Of a stretch of DNA of 64,000 bases, positions 28,516 through 41,107 are shown piece after piece. The stretch is from an uncultured bacterium (GTDB lineage: Bacteria > Patescibacteriota > Minisyncoccia > Phycocordibacterales > Phycocordibacteraceae). Every line of letters starts with the position of its first letter. Positions within the stretch are counted from its first letter, which is position 1. A program made the translations under genes and the position numbers. A model generated the notes under the pieces. It made no database searches, was not told the DNA's origin, and saw nothing but the letters and a program-made list of their open reading frames with translations. Location: contig CALFMK010000002.1 of assembly GCA_937879955.1 (NCBI GenBank), positions 1,175 to 65,174 on the forward strand. Direction: 5' to 3'.

Positions 28516-31500
28516 ATGCAGCAGAAAAAGCTCGTGCAGAAGACCTTCGGCGCGTACCGCGCGCCGCGCGTCGAGTTCCCGGACCTGGTGGGGCACCAGC
28601 GGGAATCGTTCGCCTGGCTCCTCCAGGACGGGCTCAAGGAGCTCTTCAAGGAGTTCTCGCCAATTCCTGATTATTCCGGAAAGAAGTTCGAGCTCCGGTT
28701 CGACGGCTTCGAGATCGGCGCTCCAAAGGGCACCGAGGAGGAGGCGCGCGAGAACGCGCGCACGTACGAGGCGCCGCTCAAGGCGTCCGTGACGCTCGTG
28801 AACAAGACCTTCGGATCCGAGAAGACGCAGGAGATCTTCCTCACCGACATCCCGATGATGACGCCGCACGGCTCCTTCATCGTGTCGGGCGTCGAGCGCG
28901 CCATCGTGCCGCAGCTCGCGCGCTCCTTCGGCGCCTTCTTCGTCGCCGAGGAGAACAAGGGCCGCAACTATTTCGGCGCGAAGCTCATCCCTGCGCGCGG
29001 CGTATGGATCGAGATCGAGTCCGACGCGGACGGCGCGATCTACGTGAAGATCGACCGCAAGCGCAAGTTCCCGGTCACGAACCTCCTCTCTATCTTCGGC
29101 GCGGGAGTCCGCGACGAGATCCTCGCGAAGTTCAAGGGCGACGAGGTCGCGACCAAGGCGCTCCAGATGACGCTCGCGCATGACACCGCGCAGACGCTCG
29201 ACGACTCGTACGTCGAGGTGCACCGCCGCATGCGCGACGGCGACCTCGCGACCCCGGACAACGCCAAGTCCTACGTGAATACGCTCTTCGCGCCTGAGCG
29301 CTACGACCTCTCGAAGGTCGGCCGCCACCGCCTGAACGCCCGCTTCGGCCTCCCGACGGACAAGAAGTCGCTCGACCAGCGCGCCCTCACGCTCGACGAC
29401 CTCGTCCGCATCGTCGGCGAGATCGCCCGCATGAACACGGACGCGAACGCCGTCCCTGACGACATCGACCACCTCGGCTTCCGCCGCGTCCGCTTCGTCG
29501 GCGAGCTCCTCCAGGCCCGCATGCGCGTGGGCATGTCGCGCATGAAGCGCAACATCCAGGACCGCATGTCGACGATCGAGAGCGAGACCTCGCTCCCGAT
29601 GGCGTTCGTGAACCCGCGCCCGCTCTCCGCGAGCGTCCGCGAGTTCTTCACCGCGAACCAGCTCTCGCAGTTCATGGACCAGCAGAACATCCTCGCCGAG
29701 CTCGAGAACATGCGCACGCTCTCCGCGCTCGGTCCCGGCGGCCTCACGCGCGAGCGCGCCGGCTTCGAGGTCCGCGACGTGCATCCGTCCCACTACGGAC
29801 GCCTCTGCCCGATCCACACGCCTGAGGGCCAGAACATCGGCCTCATCCTCCGCCTCGCGCTCCATGCGCGCACCAACGAGTTCGGCGTCATCGAGACCCC
29901 GTACGCGAAGGTGAAGAACGGCGTCGTCACCGACGAGATCGAGTACCTCAACGCGCTCGACGAGGAGACCGTGGTCATCGCGCATGCCGCGACCCCGACC
30001 GACGAGAAGGGCCGCATCACGGTCGACGCCATCGAGGCGCGCCGCGGCGGCGAGCCTGCGGTCGTGCGCAAGGACGAGATCAACTACATGGACGCATCGA
30101 CGTACCAGATGTTCTCGGCCGCGACCGCGATGATCCCGTTCGTCGACCACGACGACGCGAACCGCGCGCTCATGGGTTCGAACATGCAGAAGCAGGCGAC
30201 CCCGGTGCTCATCCCGGAGGCGCCGCTCGTCTCGACCGGCATCGAGGGCCATGCCGCGCAGAACACCGGCCGCCTCGTCATCGCCGAGGAGGCGGGCGAG
30301 GTGACGTACTGCGACGCGCGCAAGGTCATCGTCACGCCGTCGAACGGCAAGCCGCACGAGTACAAGCTCCAGGGCCTCACGCAGACCAACCAGAACTCCG
30401 CGTTCATGCAGCGCCCGATCGTAGCGACCGGCATGAAGGTCAAGAAGGGCGACGTCCTCGCGGACGCATCGTCTTCGGACCAGGGACAGATGGCGCTCGG
30501 ACAGAACGTCCGCGTCGCCTTCATGTCCTGGAACGGCGCTAACTACGAGGACGCTATCATCGTCTCCGAGCGCCTCGTGGAGGAGTCCAAGTTCACTACC
30601 GTCCACATCGAGGACTTCGAGGCGGCGGTCCGCGACACCAAGCTCGGTGCCGAGGTGACCACCCACGACATCCCGAACGTCGGCGAGCTCCGTCTCAAGA
30701 ACCTCGACGAGGAGGGTATCGTCCGAATCGGCGCGGAAGTGCGCCCGGGCGACATCCTCGTGGGTAAGGTGACCCCGAAGGGCGAGACCCAGCTCACGCC
30801 TGAGGAGCGCCTTCTCCGCTCGATCTTCGGCGACAAGGCCAAGGACGTGAAGGACACCTCGCTCCGCATGGAGGGAGGGAAGCGCGGCCGTGTCATCGGC
30901 GTGAAGGTCTTCAGCCGCGAGCAGGGCGACCAGCTCGAGAGCGGCATCATCAAGAAGATCGTCGTCACCGTGGCCCAGGTGCGTAACGTGTCGGTGGGCG
31001 ACAAGCTCGCCGGACGTCACGGAAACAAGGGAGTCATCTCCCGCGTGCTTCCGGTCGAGGACATGCCGTACGACAAGGACGGCAACCCGGTCGACATCAT
31101 CCTCACGCCGCTCGGCGTCCCGTCCCGCATGAACCTGGGACAGATCCTCGAGCTCCATCTCGGGCTCGCGGCGAACACCCTCGGCTACCAGGCCGTGGTA
31201 CCGCCGTTCGCAGGCGCGACCCATGCCGAGATCCGCGACGAGCTCGTGAAGGCCGGCTACGACGCCTCCGGAAAGATGCGTCTCTTCGACGGCCGCACGG
31301 GCGAGGCGTTCGCACAGCCGATCTCCGTGGGCTACATGTACGTCCTGAAGCTCCATCACATGGTGGAGGACAAGATCCACATGCGCTCCATCGGCCCGTA
31401 CTCCCTCATCACCCAGCAGCCGCTCGGCGGAAAGGCCCAGAACGGCGGCCAGCGCTTCGGCGAGATGGAGGTGTGGGCGCTCCTCGGCTACGGCTCCGCC

Positions 31501-31692
31501 TACACGCTCCGGGAGATGCTCACCATCAAGTCCGACGATATCCAGGGCCGCTCCGCGACCTTCGACGCGATCGTGAAGGGCGAGCCCGTGTCGCACTCCG
31601 GCACGCCGGCTTCCTTCGCCGTCCTTACCAACCAGATCCGCGGTCTCGCGCTCGACATCGAGCCACTCGAGAATTACACGCAGGCTGACTAA
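28516..31692 (+). CDS. rpoB: DNA-directed RNA polymerase beta subunit (compact, 1058 aa)
   Basis: Conserved beta-subunit blocks throughout, e.g. the GRHGNKGVISRV catalytic region and the C-terminal GGQRFGEMEVWAL. Confidence 0.95.
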   Translation: MQQKKLVQKTFGAYRAPRVEFPDLVGHQRESFAWLLQDGLKELFKEFSPIPDYSGKKFELRFDGFEIGAPKGTEEEARENARTYEAPLKASVTLVNKTFGSEKTQEIFLTDIPMMTPHGSFIVSGVERAIVPQLARSFGAFFVAEENKGRNYFGAKLIPARGVWIEIESDADGAIYVKIDRKRKFPVTNLLSIFGAGVRDEILAKFKGDEVATKALQMTLAHDTAQTLDDSYVEVHRRMRDGDLATPDNAKSYVNTLFAPERYDLSKVGRHRLNARFGLPTDKKSLDQRALTLDDLVRIVGEIARMNTDANAVPDDIDHLGFRRVRFVGELLQARMRVGMSRMKRNIQDRMSTIESETSLPMAFVNPRPLSASVREFFTANQLSQFMDQQNILAELENMRTLSALGPGGLTRERAGFEVRDVHPSHYGRLCPIHTPEGQNIGLILRLALHARTNEFGVIETPYAKVKNGVVTDEIEYLNALDEETVVIAHAATPTDEKGRITVDAIEARRGGEPAVVRKDEINYMDASTYQMFSAATAMIPFVDHDDANRALMGSNMQKQATPVLIPEAPLVSTGIEGHAAQNTGRLVIAEEAGEVTYCDARKVIVTPSNGKPHEYKLQGLTQTNQNSAFMQRPIVATGMKVKKGDVLADASSSDQGQMALGQNVRVAFMSWNGANYEDAIIVSERLVEESKFTTVHIEDFEAAVRDTKLGAEVTTHDIPNVGELRLKNLDEEGIVRIGAEVRPGDILVGKVTPKGETQLTPEERLLRSIFGDKAKDVKDTSLRMEGGKRGRVIGVKVFSREQGDQLESGIIKKIVVTVAQVRNVSVGDKLAGRHGNKGVISRVLPVEDMPYDKDGNPVDIILTPLGVPSRMNLGQILELHLGLAANTLGYQAVVPPFAGATHAEIRDELVKAGYDASGKMRLFDGRTGEAFAQPISVGYMYVLKLHHMVEDKIHMRSIGPYSLITQQPLGGKAQNGGQRFGEMEVWALLGYGSAYTLREMLTIKSDDIQGRSATFDAIVKGEPVSHSGTPASFAVLTNQIRGLALDIEPLENYTQAD

Positions 31693-31703
31693 CCAGATCA
31701 TCT

Positions 31704-35423
<3,720 letters not shown>

Positions 35424-35442
35424 GACCCCGTTCCGTATCGAA

Positions 35443-35472
35443 GAAAGGCCCGCTTTCGAGCGGGCCTTTCTC
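35443..35472. terminator. bidirectional intrinsic terminator after rpoC (gaaaggcccgc-tttcg-agcgggcctttctc)
   Basis: Perfect hairpin flanked by A-run and T-run read directly. Confidence 0.6.
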
Positions 35473-35529
35473 ATGGGCATAAAAGAAACGCCGCGCCTGC
35501 CCATGGAAGGGAAGGTGCGGCGTCCTGGC

Positions 35530-35865
35530 TCAGGCGGCGACCGATACGCGGTCCGGGTCCATGAGCGACCAGTCGATGGCGCACGGCCGGTCGGTCGCGG
35601 TCCGCTCTCCGCAGAGAACCACGAAGACCGGATACAGACTCTCCACCATCCGTTCCGGACGGTGTTCCGCCGCGGATTCGAACAGCTCGGTGACGAGCGT
35701 CCGGGCCAGGACCTTCTGGGACTGGTCGCCGCGCCGGGCGTACGTTTCGAACGTCGAGCAGATCTTGTCGAGCGCGGTCTGGTTGTGCTTCGTGCCGGAC
35801 TGCTTCTGTACGACGGCCAGCGCGCTCGCACGTGCCAGGTTCTCCATGATGCTTGATGGTGTCAC
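35530..35865 (-). CDS. hypothetical protein
   Basis: ORF with RBS gggagag 6 nt before a GTG start; no recognised domain; the overlapping plus-strand ORFs are low-complexity shadows. Confidence 0.4.
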   Translation of the reverse strand: MTPSSIMENLARASALAVVQKQSGTKHNQTALDKICSTFETYARRGDQSQKVLARTLVTELFESAAEHRPERMVESLYPVFVVLCGERTATDRPCAIDWSLMDPDRVSVAA

Positions 35866-35982
35866 GATCACTCTCCCTATGAGGAACAATCAGACTATGT
35901 ATAGGACGGTATCCGGCACCCGTCAATCCTGGGGAAAGGGAAAGACCGCCGGGCACGAGGTGCCGGGCGGTCTCTTGGGCGA

Positions 35983-36366
35983 TCAGGCGGCCGCAGCCGT
36001 GGGGATGCAGTTCGTGATCTTCATGTGCTTGAACCTGACGCGGCCGAAGCTGTTCGTGCTGCCGGTCCACGGCTGGTGGTCGGTCGAGCAGTAGAGGCCG
36101 TTCGGGACGATCTCCAGGGCGTAGTGCTGTGTGATCTCGGCGATCTTCTCCCAGAGCTCGTCGCTCGGACCGATGTCCGCGCTCCAGTCCCGGAAGAAGA
36201 CGGTGTACTGCCCGTCGGGGAAGGCGGCCAGCTTCGCCTCGTGCTCACGGCCGTGGAGGACCTTGAGCAGGCCGTCCATGGTGAGGACGATGACGTCGTT
36301 CTGGTAGCCTCTGCGGTACTCCGGCGGTCTCACGATCGCTTCTTCGCGCTGCGCTTCGATGTGCAT
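35983..36366 (-). CDS. hypothetical protein (127 aa), tandem paralog of the 36484..36864 gene
   Basis: RBS aggaggg 4 nt before the ATG; shared C-terminal pattern L.P.G.Y...PWTGS; its own terminator at 35940..35975. Confidence 0.5.
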   Translation of the reverse strand: MHIEAQREEAIVRPPEYRRGYQNDVIVLTMDGLLKVLHGREHEAKLAAFPDGQYTVFFRDWSADIGPSDELWEKIAEITQHYALEIVPNGLYCSTDHQPWTGSTNSFGRVRFKHMKITNCIPTAAAA

Positions 36367-36483
36367 GGTTCCCTCCTGAGGAAAATCTGGTCTGAGAGCA
36401 CTATACAATATATAAAATATATTGCAATACCTGGCAGGGCAAAGACGAAGACCGCCGCGGCATTCTGCCGGGCGGTCTCTGTG

Positions 36484-36864
36484 CTAGGCGGCCTGCGCGT
36501 CAGCGCGCCGGCGGATCCGGATGGTGAGGATGCGGCCGGGGTCGTGGCTGCCGCCCGTCCAGGGCATGAAGCCGCATTCGCCGGGCGCGAGCACGTCCAC
36601 CACGTGCGTCTTGCCGATGTCCGTGAGGACCTGGCGCAGCGGATCGTCAGGGCCGATCATGAGCCCCTTCGGGCTGATGATGTTCACGGTGAACGGGCGG
36701 TCCGGGTCCTCGTCGAGGCGCTTGCGGTAGCTCTGCGCGGGCTTCTTCCCGGGCTCGATATAGCCGTCCTCGCTAAGGACGTCGATCACGTTCTGGGTCG
36801 TATGGGCGTTCCAGTCGTGGGTATTGCCGCGGACCGGCATGAAGCCGGCCTGGGTATCGTTCGA
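36484..36864 (-). CDS. hypothetical protein, tandem paralog of the 35983..36366 gene
   Basis: ...LAPGECGFMPWTGGSHD aligns with ...GLYCSTDHQPWTGSTNS of the neighbour; terminator agaccgcc..ggcggtct at 36446..36480; start ambiguous (GTG 36864 or ATG 36840). Confidence 0.45.
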   Translation of the reverse strand, partial: SNDTQAGFMPVRGNTHDWNAHTTQNVIDVLSEDGYIEPGKKPAQSYRKRLDEDPDRPFTVNIISPKGLMIGPDDPLRQVLTDIGKTHVVDVLAPGECGFMPWTGGSHDPGRILTIRIRRRADAQAA

Positions 36865-36973
36865 CACGTGTAATGCTCCCTCAAAGGTTCTGAACTGGGG
36901 TCTACTATGCCATATTCCGGGCCGTTCCACGACCCGAGCGCGCAAGCGCCTGAGGCGGTAAAATACGGAGGAC

Positions 36974-38686
36974 ATGGATACCGTCGAGCAGGTGAAGGCG
37001 AAGCTCTCGATCCTCGAGGTCGTTTCGCCGTACGTGAAGCTCACGAAGTCCGGCCGCAACTACAAGGGTCTCTCGCCGTTCAACAAGGAGAAGACCCCGT
37101 CCTTCTACGTGAACGTGGAGCGCGGCACGTACTACTGCTTCTCCTCGGGACAGGGCGGCGACCAGTTCGAGTTCATCCAGAAGATGGAGGGCGTGGACTT
37201 CAAGGGCGCGCTCAAGATACTCGCGGAGAAGGCGGGGGTAGAGATCGTGTACCAGGGCGGCGGCGCCTCGAAGGCGGACAAGGACAAGCGCGACCGCCTG
37301 TACGAGGCGATGGCACGCGCGGAGGCGAAGTACGCGGCAGGCCTCCTCGAGGGGAAGGACGTCGCGGGAAGCGCGTACGCGTATGCGCTCTCGCGTGGAT
37401 TGTCCGCTGAGACCATCAAGACCTGGAACCTCGGCTACGCGCCGGACGCGTGGCGCACGATCCTCGAGAGCCTGACGGCAGACGGCTTCACGAACGCGGA
37501 GCTCGTCGCGGCTGGCTTGGTTAAGGAAGCGGACGAGAAGAAGGGGACCTGGTACGACCGCTTCCGCAAGCGCCTCATGTTCCCGATACGGGACTCGGCC
37601 GGACGCACCGTAGCGTTCACGGGACGCGCGCTCGACCCTAGCGATCTCGCGAAGTACCTGAACTCCCCGGAGACCGACCTCTACAAGAAGTCGGAGATCC
37701 TCTTCGGCATGGACAAGGCGAAGGACGCGATACGCCAGCGGGGGTTCGCGCTCTTGGTTGAGGGGCAGATGGACCTCCTCATGCTGCATCAGATCGGCTT
37801 CCAGAACACCGTAGCACTCTCGGGCACGGCGCTCACCCCGCAGCACCTTTCCTTGATAAAGCGCTACGCGGACAACCTCATGCTCGCGCTCGACTCGGAC
37901 CGCGCGGGACTGAACGCCAGCATGAAGAACGCCATCGCGGCACTCAAGGCCGGCATGCACGTGAAGGCGGTGCGGCTGCCTGCAGGGAAGGACCCGGCCG
38001 ACATGGCGAACGAGGACCCGAAGGCGTTAACCGCTCGTATCAAGGGCAGCGAGCCTATCGTAGAGTTCTTCCTCTCGGTCCTGGCCGAGACGGAGAAGGA
38101 CCCACATCGATTGATCATGCTCGTGGAGAAGACCGTGCTCCCTCTGATAGCGGCCATCCAGAGCCCGATGGAGCAGGAGCACTTCGTGGGCATAACGGCG
38201 CGCTCGCTCGGCTCGACGCCTGAGGCCATCCGGGCCGCGCTCGCCCGGCTCCCGAAAGAAGGGCGCCAGCCAGAGGCGGCTAGGCCCTTCGAGCAGCCCG
38301 TACAGACCCGTCCGCAGGCTCCTGTAGCCATGTCAGCGAGCGAGCGGCACGGGATGAAGCTTCGCGCCGTGGCGGCCGCGTATGCCGATACGGCCATTGC
38401 GAGGAAGGTGGAAAATGAGTATAATCGCATCATCGGCGTACCGTTCCCGGACGTGCCCCCTCCCGAAGACATGATCTTCGAGGCAGGAATAGCCTTTGGC
38501 GAGGCCCCCGGAGAAACGGACGCGGACGATCTCATCGTCGCATTCGAGAAGGCACTCCTAGCGGAGCGGCTCCAGGCCGCTACCGCTCGCTTGCGCGTTG
38601 CAGAGACGTCCCGAGACGAGACTCAGATTAAGGAAGCAGGGCAGGAATGCGAAGAGCTCCGGAAGAGGCTCGCCCTATTTTCATAA
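36974..38686 (+). CDS. dnaG: DNA primase
   Basis: CHC2 zinc finger ([15 protein letters not shown]), Toprim domain ([14 protein letters not shown]...LDSDRAG); 570 aa. Confidence 0.9.
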   Translation: MDTVEQVKAKLSILEVVSPYVKLTKSGRNYKGLSPFNKEKTPSFYVNVERGTYYCFSSGQGGDQFEFIQKMEGVDFKGALKILAEKAGVEIVYQGGGASKADKDKRDRLYEAMARAEAKYAAGLLEGKDVAGSAYAYALSRGLSAETIKTWNLGYAPDAWRTILESLTADGFTNAELVAAGLVKEADEKKGTWYDRFRKRLMFPIRDSAGRTVAFTGRALDPSDLAKYLNSPETDLYKKSEILFGMDKAKDAIRQRGFALLVEGQMDLLMLHQIGFQNTVALSGTALTPQHLSLIKRYADNLMLALDSDRAGLNASMKNAIAALKAGMHVKAVRLPAGKDPADMANEDPKALTARIKGSEPIVEFFLSVLAETEKDPHRLIMLVEKTVLPLIAAIQSPMEQEHFVGITARSLGSTPEAIRAALARLPKEGRQPEAARPFEQPVQTRPQAPVAMSASERHGMKLRAVAAAYADTAIARKVENEYNRIIGVPFPDVPPPEDMIFEAGIAFGEAPGETDADDLIVAFEKALLAERLQAATARLRVAETSRDETQIKEAGQECEELRKRLALFS

Positions 38687-38717
38687 CGTTCGATTTACTC
38701 GTTCACCTACATCCCCG

Positions 38718-39995
38718 ATGCCAACTGCGAAGAAGCCAGCCAAGAAGGCTGCACCGAAGAAAGTAGTGAAGAAGGCCGCTCCTAAGAAGGCGGTGAAGAA
38801 GGCTGCGCCTAAGAAGGCAGCCAAGAAGGCGCCTGCGAAGAAGGCAGCGGTTGCGAAGAAGCCGACCAAGAAGGTCGCGCTCAAGAACATCGTCCGCGCG
38901 GCAGCGACAGGCGCGAAGGCGAAGGCCGCAGCCGTGAAGGTAGACAAGGCCGACGTCCTCATCAAGAAGGGCAAGGAGCGCGGCTACATCACGTACTCGG
39001 AGATCCTCAAGGAGTTCCCGCACGTGGAGGACGACATCATGTTCCTCGACGAGCTCTACGAGAAGTTCACCGCCGCCGGCATCGACATCCTCGAGGGCGG
39101 CATGCTCGCCGATGACACGGACCAGTACCTCGCTACCCGCAACATAAAGAGCCGCGACTCAGGCGCGTACGACTCCATCCAGATCTACCTCCGCGAGATC
39201 GGCCAATACCCGCTCCTCACGGCTTCCGAAGAGCGCGAGCTCGCGCAGCGTATCGAGAAGGGGGACGACGAGGCGCGCAATATCCTCGCCCGCTCGAACC
39301 TCCGCCTCGTGGTATCGATCGCAAAGAAGTACGTAGGCCGGTCTCCTGACCTGACCCTTCTCGACCTCATCCAGGAGGGCAACCTCGGCCTCTTCAAGGC
39401 CGTCGACAAGTTCGACTGGAACAAGGGATTCAAGTTCTCGACCTATGCGACGTGGTGGATCCGCCAGGCCATCACCCGCGCGCTCGCGGACCAGTCCCGC
39501 ACCATCCGCATCCCGGTGCACATGGTGGAGACCATCGCGAAGTACAAGCAGGTGTCCCGCCGCTTGGCACAGGTGCTCGGCCGCGATCCGCAGCCTGAGG
39601 AGATCGCCATCGAGATGGGCGTCGAGGTGGACAAGATCTACCAGATCGAGAAGATCAACCAGGACACGCTCTCGCTCGAGAACCCTATAGGCTCCGATGA
39701 CGACCAGAACTCCACCCTCGGTGACTTCATCGCGGACGATAAGATCCCGTCTCCTATCCAGGAGTCCTCGGAGCGCATCCTCGGCGAGCAGGTCCGCGAC
39801 ATCCTCGAGGACCTCTCTCCGAAGGAGCGCAAGATCCTCGAGATGCGCCACGGCCTCCTCGACGGCGTGTACCACACGCTCGAGGAAGTGGGTAAGGAGT
39901 TCGGCGTCACCCGCGAGCGTATCCGCCAGATCGAGGCGAAGGCGCTGGAGAAGATCAGGACGCATGAGAAGTCCCGTCGTTTGAAGAGTTACTAA
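38718..39995 (+). CDS. rpoD: RNA polymerase sigma-70 factor with a histone-H1-like Lys/Ala-rich N-terminal repeat tract
   Basis: Regions 2-4 ([41 protein letters not shown]-terminal [23 protein letters not shown]); the N-terminus is [18 protein letters not shown]... repeats. Confidence 0.9.
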   Translation: MPTAKKPAKKAAPKKVVKKAAPKKAVKKAAPKKAAKKAPAKKAAVAKKPTKKVALKNIVRAAATGAKAKAAAVKVDKADVLIKKGKERGYITYSEILKEFPHVEDDIMFLDELYEKFTAAGIDILEGGMLADDTDQYLATRNIKSRDSGAYDSIQIYLREIGQYPLLTASEERELAQRIEKGDDEARNILARSNLRLVVSIAKKYVGRSPDLTLLDLIQEGNLGLFKAVDKFDWNKGFKFSTYATWWIRQAITRALADQSRTIRIPVHMVETIAKYKQVSRRLAQVLGRDPQPEEIAIEMGVEVDKIYQIEKINQDTLSLENPIGSDDDQNSTLGDFIADDKIPSPIQESSERILGEQVRDILEDLSPKERKILEMRHGLLDGVYHTLEEVGKEFGVTRERIRQIEAKALEKIRTHEKSRRLKSY

Positions 39996-39999
39996 ACGA

Positions 40000-40027
40000 A
40001 AGACCCGCGAGAGCGGGTCTTTTGTTT
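40000..40027 (+). terminator. intrinsic terminator after rpoD (aagacccgc-gaga-gcgggtcttttgttt); also the left edge of the low-GC island
   Basis: Hairpin plus T-run read directly; base composition switches from high GC to AT-rich immediately downstream. Confidence 0.6.
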
Positions 40028-41053
40028 ATGGAACAGATAAAATTTTCCTGGATTTTTAATAAAAAATCAGTCTATTGCGATTTAAGAAACGAAGTCCATA
40101 CTTGCTTCATGAAGGAAAGGGATTCGGTTCGGCCACAGAACAATCAAGAAGGCAAATTAAAAAAGCAACAGAAAAATTCTGTTGTGAATAAGCAATCGCT
40201 GTCGCTTGTTGGAAATACCATCGATAGTATTGATGTACGATTGAGCTATAAAATTGTAGAGCTTTTTTCTGAGGGTCTGTACGCAAGTCCTAATAAGGCA
40301 GTTGAAGAGCTTGTTGCTAACTCATTTGATGCTGGTGCAAGGAAAGTCTTAGTACTTCTCTCAAAAGATCTGCATGGGCAAGATGCATCAATTGCAGTTA
40401 TTGATGATGGCGAGGGTATGAATGCAGCAGGTTTGAAGCAGCACTGGCTTATAGGGGTAAGCGGGAAACGAAAGGAGCATCCGCTACCGAATGGCAGGCA
40501 GCAAATTGGAAAATTCGGAATTGGTAAACTGGCAACCTACGTTCTTTCAAACCAACTCACACATGTAAGTAAGCGTGGAGGTAAATATTTTGCGACCTCG
40601 ATGAATTATGCAGACATTGACCAGCGAGTCGGTAAGGAAATAGAACCAAAGACTCCAATGAAGATTCCACTTCACCAGCCAACAGAAGCTGAAGTTATGG
40701 AGCTCCTAAGGCCCTGGACTGAGACTGCAGCCTTCAAAACCTCTGGTATGAAACTTTTCGGAAAAGGGTCTCCCAAGTCGTGGACAGTGACTCTCATGAG
40801 CTCTCTAAAAGACAAGGTTCATGACATTAGGCCAGGTCACCTGGAGTGGGTTCTTAGAACCGCCATGCCGCTTCGACCAGATTTTGAAGTTTGGATGAAT
40901 GATAAGAAACTAGCTCCAAGTAAACAAGGAAAGGGAGTGCTTAAGGAGTGGGTGCTTGGAAAAGATCTTATAGAGCTGCCAAAGCCAGCGTCAAAGGAAA
41001 TTGAGATATCAGAGGATAAGAGCGTAGATAGTGCTGATCCTAAACGTTTCTGA
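40028..41053 (+). CDS. GHKL (Bergerat-fold, MORC/MutL/Hsp90-like) ATPase N-terminal part; ends at a TGA that is in frame with the next ORF
   Basis: N-box ELVANSFDAGARKVLVLL; Gly-rich G1/G2 region IDDGEGMNAAGLKQHWLIGVSGK...GKFGIGKLATYV; low GC; start uncertain (ATG 40028 or 40109). Confidence 0.6.
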   Translation: MEQIKFSWIFNKKSVYCDLRNEVHTCFMKERDSVRPQNNQEGKLKKQQKNSVVNKQSLSLVGNTIDSIDVRLSYKIVELFSEGLYASPNKAVEELVANSFDAGARKVLVLLSKDLHGQDASIAVIDDGEGMNAAGLKQHWLIGVSGKRKEHPLPNGRQQIGKFGIGKLATYVLSNQLTHVSKRGGKYFATSMNYADIDQRVGKEIEPKTPMKIPLHQPTEAEVMELLRPWTETAAFKTSGMKLFGKGSPKSWTVTLMSSLKDKVHDIRPGHLEWVLRTAMPLRPDFEVWMNDKKLAPSKQGKGVLKEWVLGKDLIELPKPASKEIEISEDKSVDSADPKRF

Positions 41054-41107
41054 CTGTTAACACCCCAGCTTGGGCGTATTACGGGATATGTTGAGGCTTA
41101 CAAGGAT

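Noticed and set aside
35660-35690. tRNA T-loop-like ggattcgaac motif
   Set aside because: It lies inside a coding ORF with no acceptor-stem or anticodon-arm pairing around it; no tRNA could be built. No other TTCGA-type T-loop with a flanking cloverleaf was found in the window.
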